The notes: generated by a model from the letters alone, not told the origin. Counted from the first letter of the stretch, positions 30,385 to 40,159 are shown. The stretch is DNA of 64,000 nt from a bacterium (GCA_030649055.1 JAUSGH010000003.1:354-64353), one strand, 5' to 3'. Translations and numbers: made by a program.

Positions 30385-30469
30385 ACGCAATAAAGCAACA
30401 AAGCAATAAAACAATGAATCAAGGCTCCCACTCTTGCTTTCTTGCTTCTTTGTTTTTTTGCTTTTTTAG
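30385..30469. repeat. inverted pair of 8-bp tandem repeat arrays, (GCAATAAA)n then (TTGCTTT)n
   Basis: Seen directly. Confidence 0.75.
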
Positions 30470-30600
30470 TTTACGTGGTCATTCGCCGTTCTCCGCCTCC
30501 AGCATACAACGCAAAGGTAAAAAATACCACCCCAGCAATTGTTCTTTTTATTCAACCTCTTTATAATAAAGTCAGCATTGAACTTATAGGAGACGCTCGC

Positions 30601-31104
30601 ATGAGCAAGACGAAAGTCCCGTTCCTTGTCCAGTCGGGCCCGGTGAGAAAAATGATTCTCGCGAGTACAAAGACCGCGACGATTCGCGTTGGCGACCGTG
30701 CGTGTTTGGCGGGCGATGAGCTCGTGCTCTACTGCCACATCGAGCCATGGGTGGTCATGGCGGATGTCGTGAGCGTCCGCCGCTGCAAGCTCTCCGAAGT
30801 GACTCCGCAGGAGTTCAAGGATGAAGGGTATGACGACCCCGCGACCGCGATGGACCAATACATCGCGAACCTCAAGCCGTACCATTCCGGCGTCTGCCCG
30901 GACTCCATCGTCACCGTCATCTACTTCACGAACGTCCGCGGCAAGCTCGTGGACGAATGCAAGGCGGCAGCAGAAGAGAAGAACCTCTGCTCAGAATGTA
31001 GGTCGAACGGTCGCAGCTACGAAACCGCCTTTACCCTGGGCGTACGCGATGGCAAGGTCTACTGCAAGAAGTGCGGCGCCTACGTGCGCATATCCGACCC
31101 CTAG
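30601..31104 (+). CDS. ASCH (PUA-like) domain protein with a C-terminal zinc ribbon
   Basis: KMILASTKTATIRVGDRA...GDELVLY ASCH-like core; CSEC...CKKC; aggagacg SD. Confidence 0.55.
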   Translation: MSKTKVPFLVQSGPVRKMILASTKTATIRVGDRACLAGDELVLYCHIEPWVVMADVVSVRRCKLSEVTPQEFKDEGYDDPATAMDQYIANLKPYHSGVCPDSIVTVIYFTNVRGKLVDECKAAAEEKNLCSECRSNGRSYETAFTLGVRDGKVYCKKCGAYVRISDP

Positions 31105-31200
31105 CCCTCACGCCAGAATCCCAGCCCCATATCGAGGAAAGCTCGGTATGGGGTCTGTCTTTTAATAAAACCTTTGTAAATGCTGAGTTTTTCATTGCTA

Positions 31201-31229
31201 TTGACAGAACTCAAAATATCTGCTATATT
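31201..31229 (+). promoter_or_regulatory. sigma70-type promoter TTGACA-N17-TATATT
   Basis: Near-consensus hexamers with 17-bp spacing upstream of the nucleotidyltransferase gene; preceded by a terminator hairpin at 31117..31160. Confidence 0.6.
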
Positions 31230-31303
31230 GCTATAAGCACTGACTGAACTGGTGTAGCGCAGTCTGCGAATCAAGAGTCAACACGTATGAAGGAGGACTG
31301 GTC

Positions 31304-31909
31304 ATGAAGCACTCCGCTTCGTTGAAGAACGCTGTCGAGATTGCCAGGATCATCACCATCGGACAGCGCAAGCTGGGCATGACTGCCGTCAAGGATTTGT
31401 CGCTGTTCGCGATGCTACCGCTGCTCACCCTCAAGGAGAACGTGAGCGACATCAACACGCTGGATCCCAGGATCAACGAGATCCTGCTCTTCGGTTCTGT
31501 CGCGCGGGGCGAGGGCGAAGTCGGCGACATCGACCTCATGGTTTTCGACGGCGGCTTCTACAGCAACTTCTTCCTGTCACGGGGCGAAGACGAAAAGAAG
31601 GATGCGTACGGCTGCCTCCGCGGGAACCTCGAACTGCTGTTGACCGGATGGTTCGACCTCAACGCCGACGATCCGGATGTCGTGACCGCACTCAAGCATC
31701 CGGTGGATCTCCACGTCCTGCCGATCAGCATTCTCACGAGCCGTGCGAAGCGCGGGGAGGTCGGACGGATGCACAAGGATCCCAAGTTCTTCCAGCACGC
31801 CTTCGCGCACGTCCTGCGATACGACGAGCGGACGAACGCTTTCGTCCGGATCGACATCGCAGATCTCGAGAAGAAGTACAAGCGTGATCTCTCGGATCTG
31901 CGTAGCTAG
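31304..31909 (+). CDS. nucleotidyltransferase (Pol-beta superfamily) domain protein with intact GS..D.D motif
   Basis: LLFGSVARGEGEVGDIDLMVF matches hG[GS]x9-13DhD; aggagg SD; terminator hairpin at 31912..31958. Confidence 0.7.
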   Translation: MKHSASLKNAVEIARIITIGQRKLGMTAVKDLSLFAMLPLLTLKENVSDINTLDPRINEILLFGSVARGEGEVGDIDLMVFDGGFYSNFFLSRGEDEKKDAYGCLRGNLELLLTGWFDLNADDPDVVTALKHPVDLHVLPISILTSRAKRGEVGRMHKDPKFFQHAFAHVLRYDERTNAFVRIDIADLEKKYKRDLSDLRS

Positions 31910-32044
31910 CGCACGCGAGAGGGAGCGAGCCGATACCCGTCGGCTCGCTCCCCTCCTCAATTAAGTCCCTAACTCCGTTGGTGGCTTTGAGAGGAAACAA
32001 ATCGCTTGCTCATATCAAAAAGTTTGGTTATAGTACAAAATATC

Positions 32045-32251
32045 ATGACCGTTGTCACAGAAAAAAGATTGCTACGAGAAATGAGTATATTGAAACGCGA
32101 TGTTGCGGCACTCAAAACCGTTATTTTAGCGCAAACAAAAGATCCCGAGGGTGAGTATCGCGCAAGTTTCGTGAAAGAGGTATTGAAAGCCGCGAAAGGG
32201 AAAGCGCGCCATGTCTACGACCCAAAAACCTTCCTGAAATTGATTTCGTAG
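32045..32251 (+). CDS. putative antitoxin (small, partner of downstream RelE/ParE)
   Basis: 69-aa ORF 18 nt upstream of the toxin; TTGCTC-N17-TATAGT promoter at 32006..32034. Confidence 0.5.
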   Translation: MTVVTEKRLLREMSILKRDVAALKTVILAQTKDPEGEYRASFVKEVLKAAKGKARHVYDPKTFLKLIS

Positions 32252-32269
32252 GGCACGGATTTTCCGCGA

Positions 32270-32533
32270 ATGTATACACTTCTTCTGAGAGATAGCTTTG
32301 TCGCATCGGCAAAGCGGCTTGATATAAAGACGAAAGTACGGCTCAACGCCAAACTGCGTGAGCTCACCAGCGACCCTTTTCACCCGACGCTACACACAAA
32401 ACCGCTGCATGGAAAGTTTGCCGACTTCCACTCGTTCCGCATCGGCCGCGACCACAGAGTCATTTTTCAATTTTTGTCGAACACTACCATTGCGCTCATC
32501 GATGTCGCACGCAGGGATAAGGTCTATCAATAA
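32270..32533 (+). CDS. type II toxin RelE/ParE family
   Basis: LHGKFADFHSFRIGRDHRVIFQF...IALIDVARRDKVY is typical RelE/ParE. Confidence 0.78.
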   Translation: MYTLLLRDSFVASAKRLDIKTKVRLNAKLRELTSDPFHPTLHTKPLHGKFADFHSFRIGRDHRVIFQFLSNTTIALIDVARRDKVYQ

Positions 32534-32687
32534 GCTGCGCTTGCATTCTTTTGACGGCTTTGCTACAGTATAAATAACGTTAAGTCCTCCTCGTATCTTT
32601 GACCTGCAAATGGCACGTTTCTTCCTGACTTCTCTGCGCCAATAAATGGGACAAATTCCCGGTTGTTTCTATTAAGTTTGTAGAATT

Positions 32688-32769
32688 GCCGAGGTGGCGA
32701 AATGGCAGACGCACTGGCTTCAGGTGCCAGCGATCGCAAGGTCATGGGGGTTCGACTCCCCCCCTCGGC
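32688..32769 (+). tRNA. tRNA-Leu (anticodon CAG), long variable arm
   Basis: gccgagg acceptor; anticodon stem ctggc/gccag with loop ttCAGgt; T-arm ggggg-ttcgact-ccccc; no encoded CCA. Confidence 0.9.
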
Positions 32770-32930
32770 ACAGAGTTACTCACAAATTAACAAATGCGCA
32801 GGAAAAAATAATTAACCAACGTCAAACAGGTCGGGAGTCGAACGGGAAAGGGGTCGGGGAAACGGGAGTTTCCCCGTGGCGGAAATACTAAAACCGATGG
32901 GTTTTAGAGCGCAGCGAAGCGAGCAGTGAG

Positions 32931-32949
32931 ATTCCCCCCCCTCGGCACA
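32931..32949 (+). repeat. direct repeat of the tRNA-Leu 3' end (attcccccccctcggcaca)
   Basis: Matches 32752..32771 with one change. Confidence 0.55.
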
Positions 32950-33016
32950 ACAATAAAAAACATTACAAACTTATTCGCATTATTAAAATTAAATTCGCAT
33001 TATTCGCGATTACTCC

Positions 33017-34798
33017 ATGATCAGAAACCCAAACCAAATTAAACGTCAGCAGTCCAAATTCTCCGGTGTCGTCCGGGCGCACGATTTTCACACGCATCGC
33101 GCCGCGGCGGCAAAAATCGCGCCGGTCGCGGGCGCCGAAGACGTCCTTCGCATCGCGCCACTCGGCGGCCTTGAAGAAATCGGCCGCAACTCCATGTTCC
33201 TTGAGTACAAAAACGAAATCGTCATCATTGACATGGGTATTCAATTTCCGGAAGAAGCAACTCCGGGCATTGACTACATTTTGCCGAACGTCTCGTATCT
33301 GGAAAAAAAGAAACAAAACATCAAAGCCGTCATCATCACGCACGGTCACTATGACCACATCGGCGCCATCCCCTACCTGATGGATAAGCTCGGCAATCCG
33401 CCGATCTACACGACCGCGCTCACAAAAGAAATCATCTCGAAGCGCCAAGAGGAGTTTCCGAACGCGCCACGGCTGCGCTTTGTCATCGTGAAAGGTGAAG
33501 ACAAAACCGTCATCTCGCGCTACTTCTCCGCGGAATTTTTCGGCGTGGATCACACCATTCCGGACACCACCGGCGTACTCTTGAAAACTCCGGCGGGGAA
33601 TATCGCGAACTGCGCGGACTTCCGCATCAACTACGACGCCGTGGGCGGACCGCTTTCACTCGGCGAGTTTGAACGCATCGGAAAACTGGGCGTGGACGTC
33701 CTCATGTTGGACAGTACCAACGCCGACGAAGAAGGCCGCTCCGTTTCCGAACGCGAAGTGGAAAAGAATATTGAGAAGTTGTTTAAGAGCACACAAGGCC
33801 GCATCATCCTCGCGACATTTTCCTCCATGCTTACCCGCATCGCGGAAATCTTAAAAATCGCCGAGAAAGTCGGTCGCCATGTGGCGATCAGCGGCTTCTC
33901 TATGAAGTCCAACATCCAAATCGCCCAAAATCTAGGCTACATCAAAGTGAAGAAAGGGCTTATCATTCCGCTTGAAGAAATACACAAGCACAAAGATGAC
34001 AAAATTCTCGTACTCTCTACCGGCGCGCAGGGCGAGTCCAACGCCTCGCTCATGAAAATTGTGACGGGCGAAAACCGCTTCGTGCGCATCAAGCCGGGCG
34101 ACATGGTGATTTTCTCCTCATCCGTCATTCCGGGAAACGAACGGAGCGTCCAAACCCTGAAGGACAACCTCTCACGGCAGGGCGCGAAAGTGTTCACGTC
34201 AAAAATCATGGACATCCATTCTTCCGGACACGCGCCGCAGGAAGAACTGAAGGACGTCATCCGCGCGATGAAGCCGAAATATCTCATGCCGATTCACGGC
34301 TACTATTATATGCGCTCGGTTTCGGCCGAGTTGGGACAAAGCGTGGGACTCAAAAAAGAGCAGACCATCGTCATTGATAACGGCGAAGTGTTGGAGCTCG
34401 GTAAAAAAGGATTGCGCGTTTCAGGAGAACGCGTGGACACCTTCTACGTGATGGTGGACGGGCTCGGCGTCGGCGACGTGGAAGAAGTGGTGCTCCGCGA
34501 CCGGAAAATCCTGTCACAGGAAGGCATGGTCGTCATCATCATGACGATGGCGAAAGAAGGCAACCGGATGGTCAAAAATCCGGACATCATTTCGCGCGGC
34601 TTCATCTACCTTAAAGAAAATCAGACAATGCTTGAAGAAATCCGGAAGCGCTTGCGCAACATCACGAGCCGCATCCCCTCCGACCACGCCATTGACCCGG
34701 AATACCTGAAGGGCATGATCCGCGACCAGATCGGCCAATACCTCTACACCAAAACCAAGCGCCGCCCGATGGTGCTGCCGGTGATTATTGAAATCTAG
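33017..34798 (+). CDS. rnj: ribonuclease J (metallo-beta-lactamase/beta-CASP)
   Basis: ITHGHYDHIGAIPYL plus beta-CASP motifs; start codon uncertain. Confidence 0.88.
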   Translation: MIRNPNQIKRQQSKFSGVVRAHDFHTHRAAAAKIAPVAGAEDVLRIAPLGGLEEIGRNSMFLEYKNEIVIIDMGIQFPEEATPGIDYILPNVSYLEKKKQNIKAVIITHGHYDHIGAIPYLMDKLGNPPIYTTALTKEIISKRQEEFPNAPRLRFVIVKGEDKTVISRYFSAEFFGVDHTIPDTTGVLLKTPAGNIANCADFRINYDAVGGPLSLGEFERIGKLGVDVLMLDSTNADEEGRSVSEREVEKNIEKLFKSTQGRIILATFSSMLTRIAEILKIAEKVGRHVAISGFSMKSNIQIAQNLGYIKVKKGLIIPLEEIHKHKDDKILVLSTGAQGESNASLMKIVTGENRFVRIKPGDMVIFSSSVIPGNERSVQTLKDNLSRQGAKVFTSKIMDIHSSGHAPQEELKDVIRAMKPKYLMPIHGYYYMRSVSAELGQSVGLKKEQTIVIDNGEVLELGKKGLRVSGERVDTFYVMVDGLGVGDVEEVVLRDRKILSQEGMVVIIMTMAKEGNRMVKNPDIISRGFIYLKENQTMLEEIRKRLRNITSRIPSDHAIDPEYLKGMIRDQIGQYLYTKTKRRPMVLPVIIEI

Positions 34799-34840
34799 GT
34801 TGTCATTGCGAGCGAAGCGTGGCAATCTTACAATAACGTT

Positions 34841-35827
34841 ATGACCAAGCCCATCTTAATCTCCGGGATTCAGCCGAGCGGAAAACTCCACCTCGGAAAT
34901 TACCTCGGCGCCCTCAAGAACTTCGTTGAGCTGCAAGCCTCCGGCAAATACAACTGCTTATTCTTTATTGCCGACCTGCACTCACTCACAGAAACCTACG
35001 ATCCGGAGATGAAACCCGAACAGATTCTTGACCTCGCGGCGAGCTATCTTGCGTTGGGCATAGACCCTAGAAAATCAACGGTCTTTGTCCAATCGCAGGT
35101 GCCACAGTCAACCGAGCTTGCGTGGATTTTGGGAACACTCACGCCGTTCGGCGAATTGCGCCGGATGACACAATTCAAGGACAAGGCGGAATCACAGGAA
35201 GAAAACGTGAACGTCGGCCTCTTCACCTACCCCGTGCTGATGGCGGCGGATATTTTGCTCTACAACGCCGCATTCGTCCCCGTGGGCGAAGACCAACTCC
35301 AGCACTTGGAACTCACGCGCACCCTGGCACGGAAATTCAACAGCCGCTATGGCGAAACATTTATGGAACCAAAACCGCTCATGACTTCTGTCCCCCGCTT
35401 GATGAGCTTGAGTGACCCGACAAAGAAAATGTCCAAGTCACAGCCGGACGGCTGCCTTTTCATTGACGATGAACCTGCGACAATTGAAGTAAAACTGAAG
35501 CGCGCAGTGACAGACTCCGGAAGCGAGGTGAAGTATGACGAGCAAAACAAACCGGGTGTTTCAAATCTCTTGCGCATCATGAACGCGCTCTCGGGAAAAT
35601 CCGTTCCCGAGCTTGTTAAGGCGTTCGCCGGAGAAAACTACAGTGAATTCAAACACGCGCTTGCCGATCTTGTCAGCGACCACTTCGTGGCGTACCGCAA
35701 AAAGTACGCAGCACTCATCAAGAACCCTGCGCCGATAAAACGCGCCCTCGCCGCCGGCCAGAAGAAAGCCGCGAAACTCGCCACCACGAAACTCGCTGAA
35801 GTGAAAAAGAAAATCGGCCTCGTTTAG
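34841..35827 (+). CDS. trpS: tryptophanyl-tRNA synthetase
   Basis: HLGNYLGA (HIGH) and KMSKS. Confidence 0.95.
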   Translation: MTKPILISGIQPSGKLHLGNYLGALKNFVELQASGKYNCLFFIADLHSLTETYDPEMKPEQILDLAASYLALGIDPRKSTVFVQSQVPQSTELAWILGTLTPFGELRRMTQFKDKAESQEENVNVGLFTYPVLMAADILLYNAAFVPVGEDQLQHLELTRTLARKFNSRYGETFMEPKPLMTSVPRLMSLSDPTKKMSKSQPDGCLFIDDEPATIEVKLKRAVTDSGSEVKYDEQNKPGVSNLLRIMNALSGKSVPELVKAFAGENYSEFKHALADLVSDHFVAYRKKYAALIKNPAPIKRALAAGQKKAAKLATTKLAEVKKKIGLV

Positions 35828-35906
35828 TTCCTGAGCTTGTCGAAGGACTACCTTATCCCAAGCCGCGCTTGACACACGCGAGCCGGCTTTGTTAAAGTTT
35901 TTTTAC

Positions 35907-36300
35907 GTGGGGTTGGTAAGGAGGAAAGCGAAAAGCGACTCCCTGGAGCGAGCAGCACTTCGGTGCAAGCCAGCGAACGGGATCAACCTAAAACCCCATG
36001 TCATCCGGAAACGGGTGTAGTGGGGGGACGGAGGGACTCGCAATGCAGCGCAAGCTGCGAGGAGTTACAAAGCTCGATGGTTGGGAGGTAGCGAACCCAA
36101 TCTGTACAGCCTCCTCTTGCATGCTCCCAAGTAGGACCAAATTACTCCACCCAGCTTCTGGCGCAAGTCGGGAACGGACGGAGCGTACGGTCCGAATCCG
36201 GGCGATCTCTCTGCGATAAGAACATTCCTTTAAGGTCCCGCAGGACTGGAGAGGGATTTCTGCAAAGTTATCGTCCAAGGCTAAGCCGAGCCAACCCCAC
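35907..36300 (+). ncRNA. candidate structured RNA (~394 nt), ends paired by a 10-bp perfect helix; class unassigned
   Basis: gtggggttgg at 35907-35916 pairs with ccaaccccac at 36291-36300; an internal GCAA-tetraloop hairpin; no credible ORF; terminator follows. Confidence 0.4.
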
Positions 36301-36318
36301 TTTTTCCCGCGATCAAGG

Positions 36319-36356
36319 AGCAGTCCGACATTCGGCTGCTCCTTTGTCATTTTCAA
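36319..36356 (+). terminator. Rho-independent terminator (aaggagcag...ctgctcctt plus tgtcattttc)
   Basis: 9-bp perfect stem followed by a T-rich tract. Confidence 0.65.
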
Positions 36357-36526
36357 CGCACAACAACCAGATCGCCGCCCCCTTATTCGCTCATTCGCGC
36401 GCCTGCCCGCCTCTGGAGGGAATGAGCGAATAAGTAACGAAACGGCTTGCAAACGCCGCTCGCATCCTCTACCGTAGAATGCAGTGGAGTTATGTGTTTT
36501 TGTCCTTCGGGACAGAAAGAGGATGC

Positions 36527-36989
36527 CGTGAAGAAGTCGGATTGGGTTCTCCTCGTCGCTGGAATCGCATTTCTTGCGCTACTGATTCCGCCTCTGGTCA
36601 GACAAACAAATGCGACTCGGGAAAAGGTGCAAGCCTACGACGCACTGATGGCGCAGGCGTCCAGCGGAGCTCCTCCCGACGCGATACTTGCCGTGGCATA
36701 CGAAGAGCTGAACCGCGGCATGACCGAAGACCAAGTGCGGAAAGCTGTAGAGAAGCGCATCAAGAGCTGGGTGGTGAGCAGCAGCCGCACGAAACCGCCC
36801 GACAACGTAGAGGCTGAAGTGCGGCTCATATGGCGCCGATACGGGGAACACGCGCAGAAGAACCATTCCTGTGAAGAACTCAACGTCGATCTCGGTGCCG
36901 ACGGATTGGTAACACCAGGGGGCGTTATCTACGTTGGCAATTACACGCTCAACGGAAAGAGTAAGCCCCAACTCTGGAAACAGAAGTAG
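36527..36989 (+). CDS. small membrane-anchored/secreted protein with a BamE/SmpA_OmlA-like GMT motif, array member 1
   Basis: GTG start after an agagga SD; NRGMTEDQVRKAV motif; terminator at 37011..37048. Confidence 0.55.
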
Positions 36990-37187
36990 TCCTGCGCGCA
37001 CGATCGTAACAAGGAGCCCCGCCCTGCGGGACTCCTTTGTCATTTTCAGCGCGCATCCCTTATGCTGGTGTTCTTGAGAACACCAGCATAAGGGATGCAT
37101 CCTCACTATGTACAAACACACCGCGTTCGTATATAATATAAAGCGTTCGTGTAGGTTTTTGTTGGTTCCCTGTTGAGGAGGACTCGC

Positions 37188-38012
37188 ATGAGTCGCACCC
37201 TGTACCTCGTCGCGATGTGCGCCTTGGCGCTCGTCGTGGTGGCCCAGTTTGTGATGGCCGACGAGGAGACCGCGACCTGCAAGACCAAGGTCGTGCCGAG
37301 CACGTCGTACGTCCCGCCCGAGAACGGGGTGACGAATCTCTACGGAGCAATGACGCCCAACGGCACCTCTCCCGACATGACGAAGGAGGAGCTCATTGCG
37401 CTCGCGGAGAAGAACTTCGCGGGCGAGCCGGAGAAAACATCTCGCGTCATGGACGACGGCGCCCATGAGTACTGGACGTACATCTGGAACGCGAAGGGAC
37501 GGGAAGACGAATGCCACGTCACACTCGTCGTGACGCTCGTGAAGGACAAGGACGAGGTGTACAAGGTGCGCGGCACCATGTACACGGCACAAGGGAACAA
37601 GCAGGGCCACTCGGTGAGCGACGGGCTACCCGTCCCGCCCGCGAAGGATGGTGAGTCGAAGATGAACGAACCCGAGAACCCGTGTCATCAGGCCTTCGCC
37701 GACATCAAGCTCGGCATGACCGCGGACGAGCTGGACGCGCTCTACCAGAAGTACGTTCTGGAGGGCGGCCATCACCCGATCATGGCAAGCACCGAGAAGA
37801 AAGTCTGGAAAGGAAGGTGCGGCAACGACAAGGAGAGCGGTGAGGTCTGGGAGACACACTGGCAGGAATGTGGCGAGCTCAGGCCGTTCCCCTACGGTCC
37901 CCCAATCTGGATGGCGGACCTCACGGTTCACCTCTGGGATGGTAAGGTCGTGGACGCCACCTACAAGCCGATGCAGGTGCGCGTGGAAATGAAGGATGAG
38001 CACTGGAAGTAG
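37188..38012 (+). CDS. secreted protein with BamE-like motif, array member 2
   Basis: ggagga SD; signal peptide; KLGMTADELDALY; terminator at 38013..38056. Confidence 0.6.
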   Translation: MSRTLYLVAMCALALVVVAQFVMADEETATCKTKVVPSTSYVPPENGVTNLYGAMTPNGTSPDMTKEELIALAEKNFAGEPEKTSRVMDDGAHEYWTYIWNAKGREDECHVTLVVTLVKDKDEVYKVRGTMYTAQGNKQGHSVSDGLPVPPAKDGESKMNEPENPCHQAFADIKLGMTADELDALYQKYVLEGGHHPIMASTEKKVWKGRCGNDKESGEVWETHWQECGELRPFPYGPPIWMADLTVHLWDGKVVDATYKPMQVRVEMKDEHWK

Positions 38013-38160
38013 CGGCAACGCATACAGCCCGGGAGGTTATGAACCTCCCGGGCTGTTCACTTTTTTACAACAGCAAGACGTCTTGTTAAAGCCGCGTAGG
38101 GATGCTACAGTGTAGCCAGCTTGTGACAGGAAATTCGAACGTCTTTTGTAGGAGGCACGA

Positions 38161-38845
38161 GATGCGCAAGTACCAATGGACACTGGTTCTCCTCGTGGTC
38201 GGCAGCATGGCGGCGTCCATGCTCTGGCTGCAAAGACCGACGCTGAAACCCCCGCACTCCCCAGCCGCCGACGCAGCCGCAATGATGCCGGCGCACAACG
38301 GCGAGCAATCTCATGCACCGCAGGTCACGCCGACGACTGCATCAACGCTTCAGTTGCCAACGGAAGCGCACCAGAAATCAGCGACAAAAGACGCAGGAAG
38401 TCAGGAGGTTCAGCAACTGCGCCAGGAAATCACCCGACTCAAGGAGCAAATCGCGCCAGTGCCGGCGCTTCCCAACACGAGATACGGAGATGCTCTCAGC
38501 AAGATGCGTCGGGGCATGAGCCAGGATGAGGTACTCGACATCGCAAGCGCTTGCAACCTTAAAAACCCAGACGCATCCACCACCTGGATCAACGATGACA
38601 GAAAAAAGGGCGATTGCAGGCAACTCCGTTGGCAACTCACATGGCGGTGCAATTACAACTGCGGCAAAACCGAGAAGTACCTCCCCTGCGACGCGGACGA
38701 GAGCCAAAAAGCGCACTGGGACATATACATGTGCCTCGAATTCATCAACGGAAGGCTGGAGGATGGGTACTGCTCGTACGGTTACGAAGTCAAACGGGAC
38801 AATCTCCCCGGAGACTCGACGCTAACCGATTCCGAAAGCAAGTAA
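38161..38845 (+). CDS. secreted/anchored protein with BamE-like motif, array member 3
   Basis: ggaggcacgag SD; RRGMSQDEVLDIA; terminator at 38850..38890. Confidence 0.6.
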
Positions 38846-38955
38846 CAGACGCAAACGACAGCCCGAGGGGTTCCATACCTCCCGGGCTGTTCACTTTTTC
38901 ACCGGCTTTTGTTACTATAGTTACAGTTCGCAAATTCGTAGTCCACTTTTTTAAG

Positions 38956-39459
38956 GAGTCCGTCGTGAAACAGCGCACAGGAGTGATAGCGGTGGCAGGA
39001 CTTGTCATCCTCATCACTATGGTCATCCTGACCTTCCCGAAGTTCAAACGGGACGTGGAGAGTCTCGGTGAGCCACAACGGAAAATTCAGCAGGAGCTCG
39101 CGGAACTGAAAAAGCTGGTCGCGCCCGAACCGCCGCACTGCGTGTTCGATGATGTCCCTGCGAAGCTCCAGAAGGGTATGACCGAAGACGAAGCGCTCGC
39201 GGCAGTCAAGTCCTGCAACGTCCCAGGAAAGCCGAAGCAGGACTTCTCCCGCGACGAGGTGAACCCCTTGACGGGAGAGAACATCCGCAGCAGAGAGATC
39301 CTCTATGGAATGTACATCATCAGCGGACGGAACGACTGGATGATGGAGCTTGGCCTCTACTTCGCCGACGGCAAACTCTACGACGTGGCCCGCAGGAGTT
39401 GGCGCAGCATGGAATGGAAGCGGACCCATTGGCAACCGGAGATTCCGAAGAACAAGTGA
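38956..39459 (+). CDS. membrane-anchored protein with BamE-like motif, array member 4
   Basis: aaggagtccgtcGTG; QKGMTEDEALAAV; terminator at 39469..39509. Confidence 0.6.
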   Translation, partial: ESVVKQRTGVIAVAGLVILITMVILTFPKFKRDVESLGEPQRKIQQELAELKKLVAPEPPHCVFDDVPAKLQKGMTEDEALAAVKSCNVPGKPKQDFSRDEVNPLTGENIRSREILYGMYIISGRNDWMMELGLYFADGKLYDVARRSWRSMEWKRTHWQPEIPKNK

Positions 39460-39574
39460 TGCACGCAACAGCCCGAGAGGTATGGAACCTCTCGGGCTGT
39501 TCACTTTTTTACAAGCTCTGTTACGATAGTTATAGTTCGCAATTTGCGACCTCTCTCCAAACGGAGGACTGACC

Positions 39575-40159
39575 ATGAAAGAGTTTCAGAAGGTCGCTGT
39601 GCCGCAGGGACCCCTTTTAGCGCTGGCTTTCGGCACGGTGATGTTCGCCATTGGAGTCATCGCCGACATCGCGCAAGAACGATACGCGAGAAAACAAAGC
39701 ACGAGCAAGCAAAACGCTCAACCGCAGATGACATCCCCGACCGATGAGGCGAAGCTGCCGATCACAGACGCTCCGAAAGAGCCGAGTCCCAAGACGGACG
39801 AGCGGGATGAGGCAAAGCCGCCACAAAACGTCCTCGGCGACATCTTTGCGGACTTGCGAAGCGGCATGCCCTCCGCAGAACTCGACGCAGTTATCGCGAA
39901 GCATACGCTTGGCCCCGATAACTTGAGATTCTACGTCAAAAAAGAGCATCGCCCCGCCGAGGAAGGCCTCCCGAATGGAGTGGATGTCGAGACGAGATTA
40001 TGGCAATGGTGCCAAGACGAAGGATATCTGCTACGACTAGGCCACGACGACGACTACAGCTGGGTCACAACGCTCAGCGTAACGCTCTACAACAACACGG
40101 TCGCTCACTACATCTACAGATGGCACCGCGAAGTCGATTACGGTTGCACCACGGAGTAG
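39575..40159 (+). CDS. membrane-anchored protein with BamE-like motif, array member 5
   Basis: ggaggactgaccATG; RSGMPSAELDAVI; terminator at 40177..40216. Confidence 0.6.
   Translation: MKEFQKVAVPQGPLLALAFGTVMFAIGVIADIAQERYARKQSTSKQNAQPQMTSPTDEAKLPITDAPKEPSPKTDERDEAKPPQNVLGDIFADLRSGMPSAELDAVIAKHTLGPDNLRFYVKKEHRPAEEGLPNGVDVETRLWQWCQDEGYLLRLGHDDDYSWVTTLSVTLYNNTVAHYIYRWHREVDYGCTTE

Noticed and set aside
28598-30469. CRISPR array interpretation of the TTGCTTT/GCAATAAA repeat clusters
   Set aside because: The period is 8 bp with no unique spacers. The clusters occur in frame inside ileS, argS and polX, and there are no cas genes. These are simple tandem repeats, not CRISPR.
35907-36300. Confident RNase P RNA call for the structured region downstream of trpS
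   Set aside because: A P1-like closing helix and GGAGGAAAG are present, but the universal P4 strands (GGAAAGUCCGGGC and ACAGAANCCGGCUUA) are not recognisable by eye. The region is left as an unassigned candidate non-coding RNA pending a covariance-model search.
35988-36452. ORFs 35988..36452 (minus) and 35998..36219 (plus) in the trpS downstream region
   Set aside because: They have no Shine-Dalgarno sequence and non-protein-like composition, and they overlap a region with RNA-like helices and a terminator.
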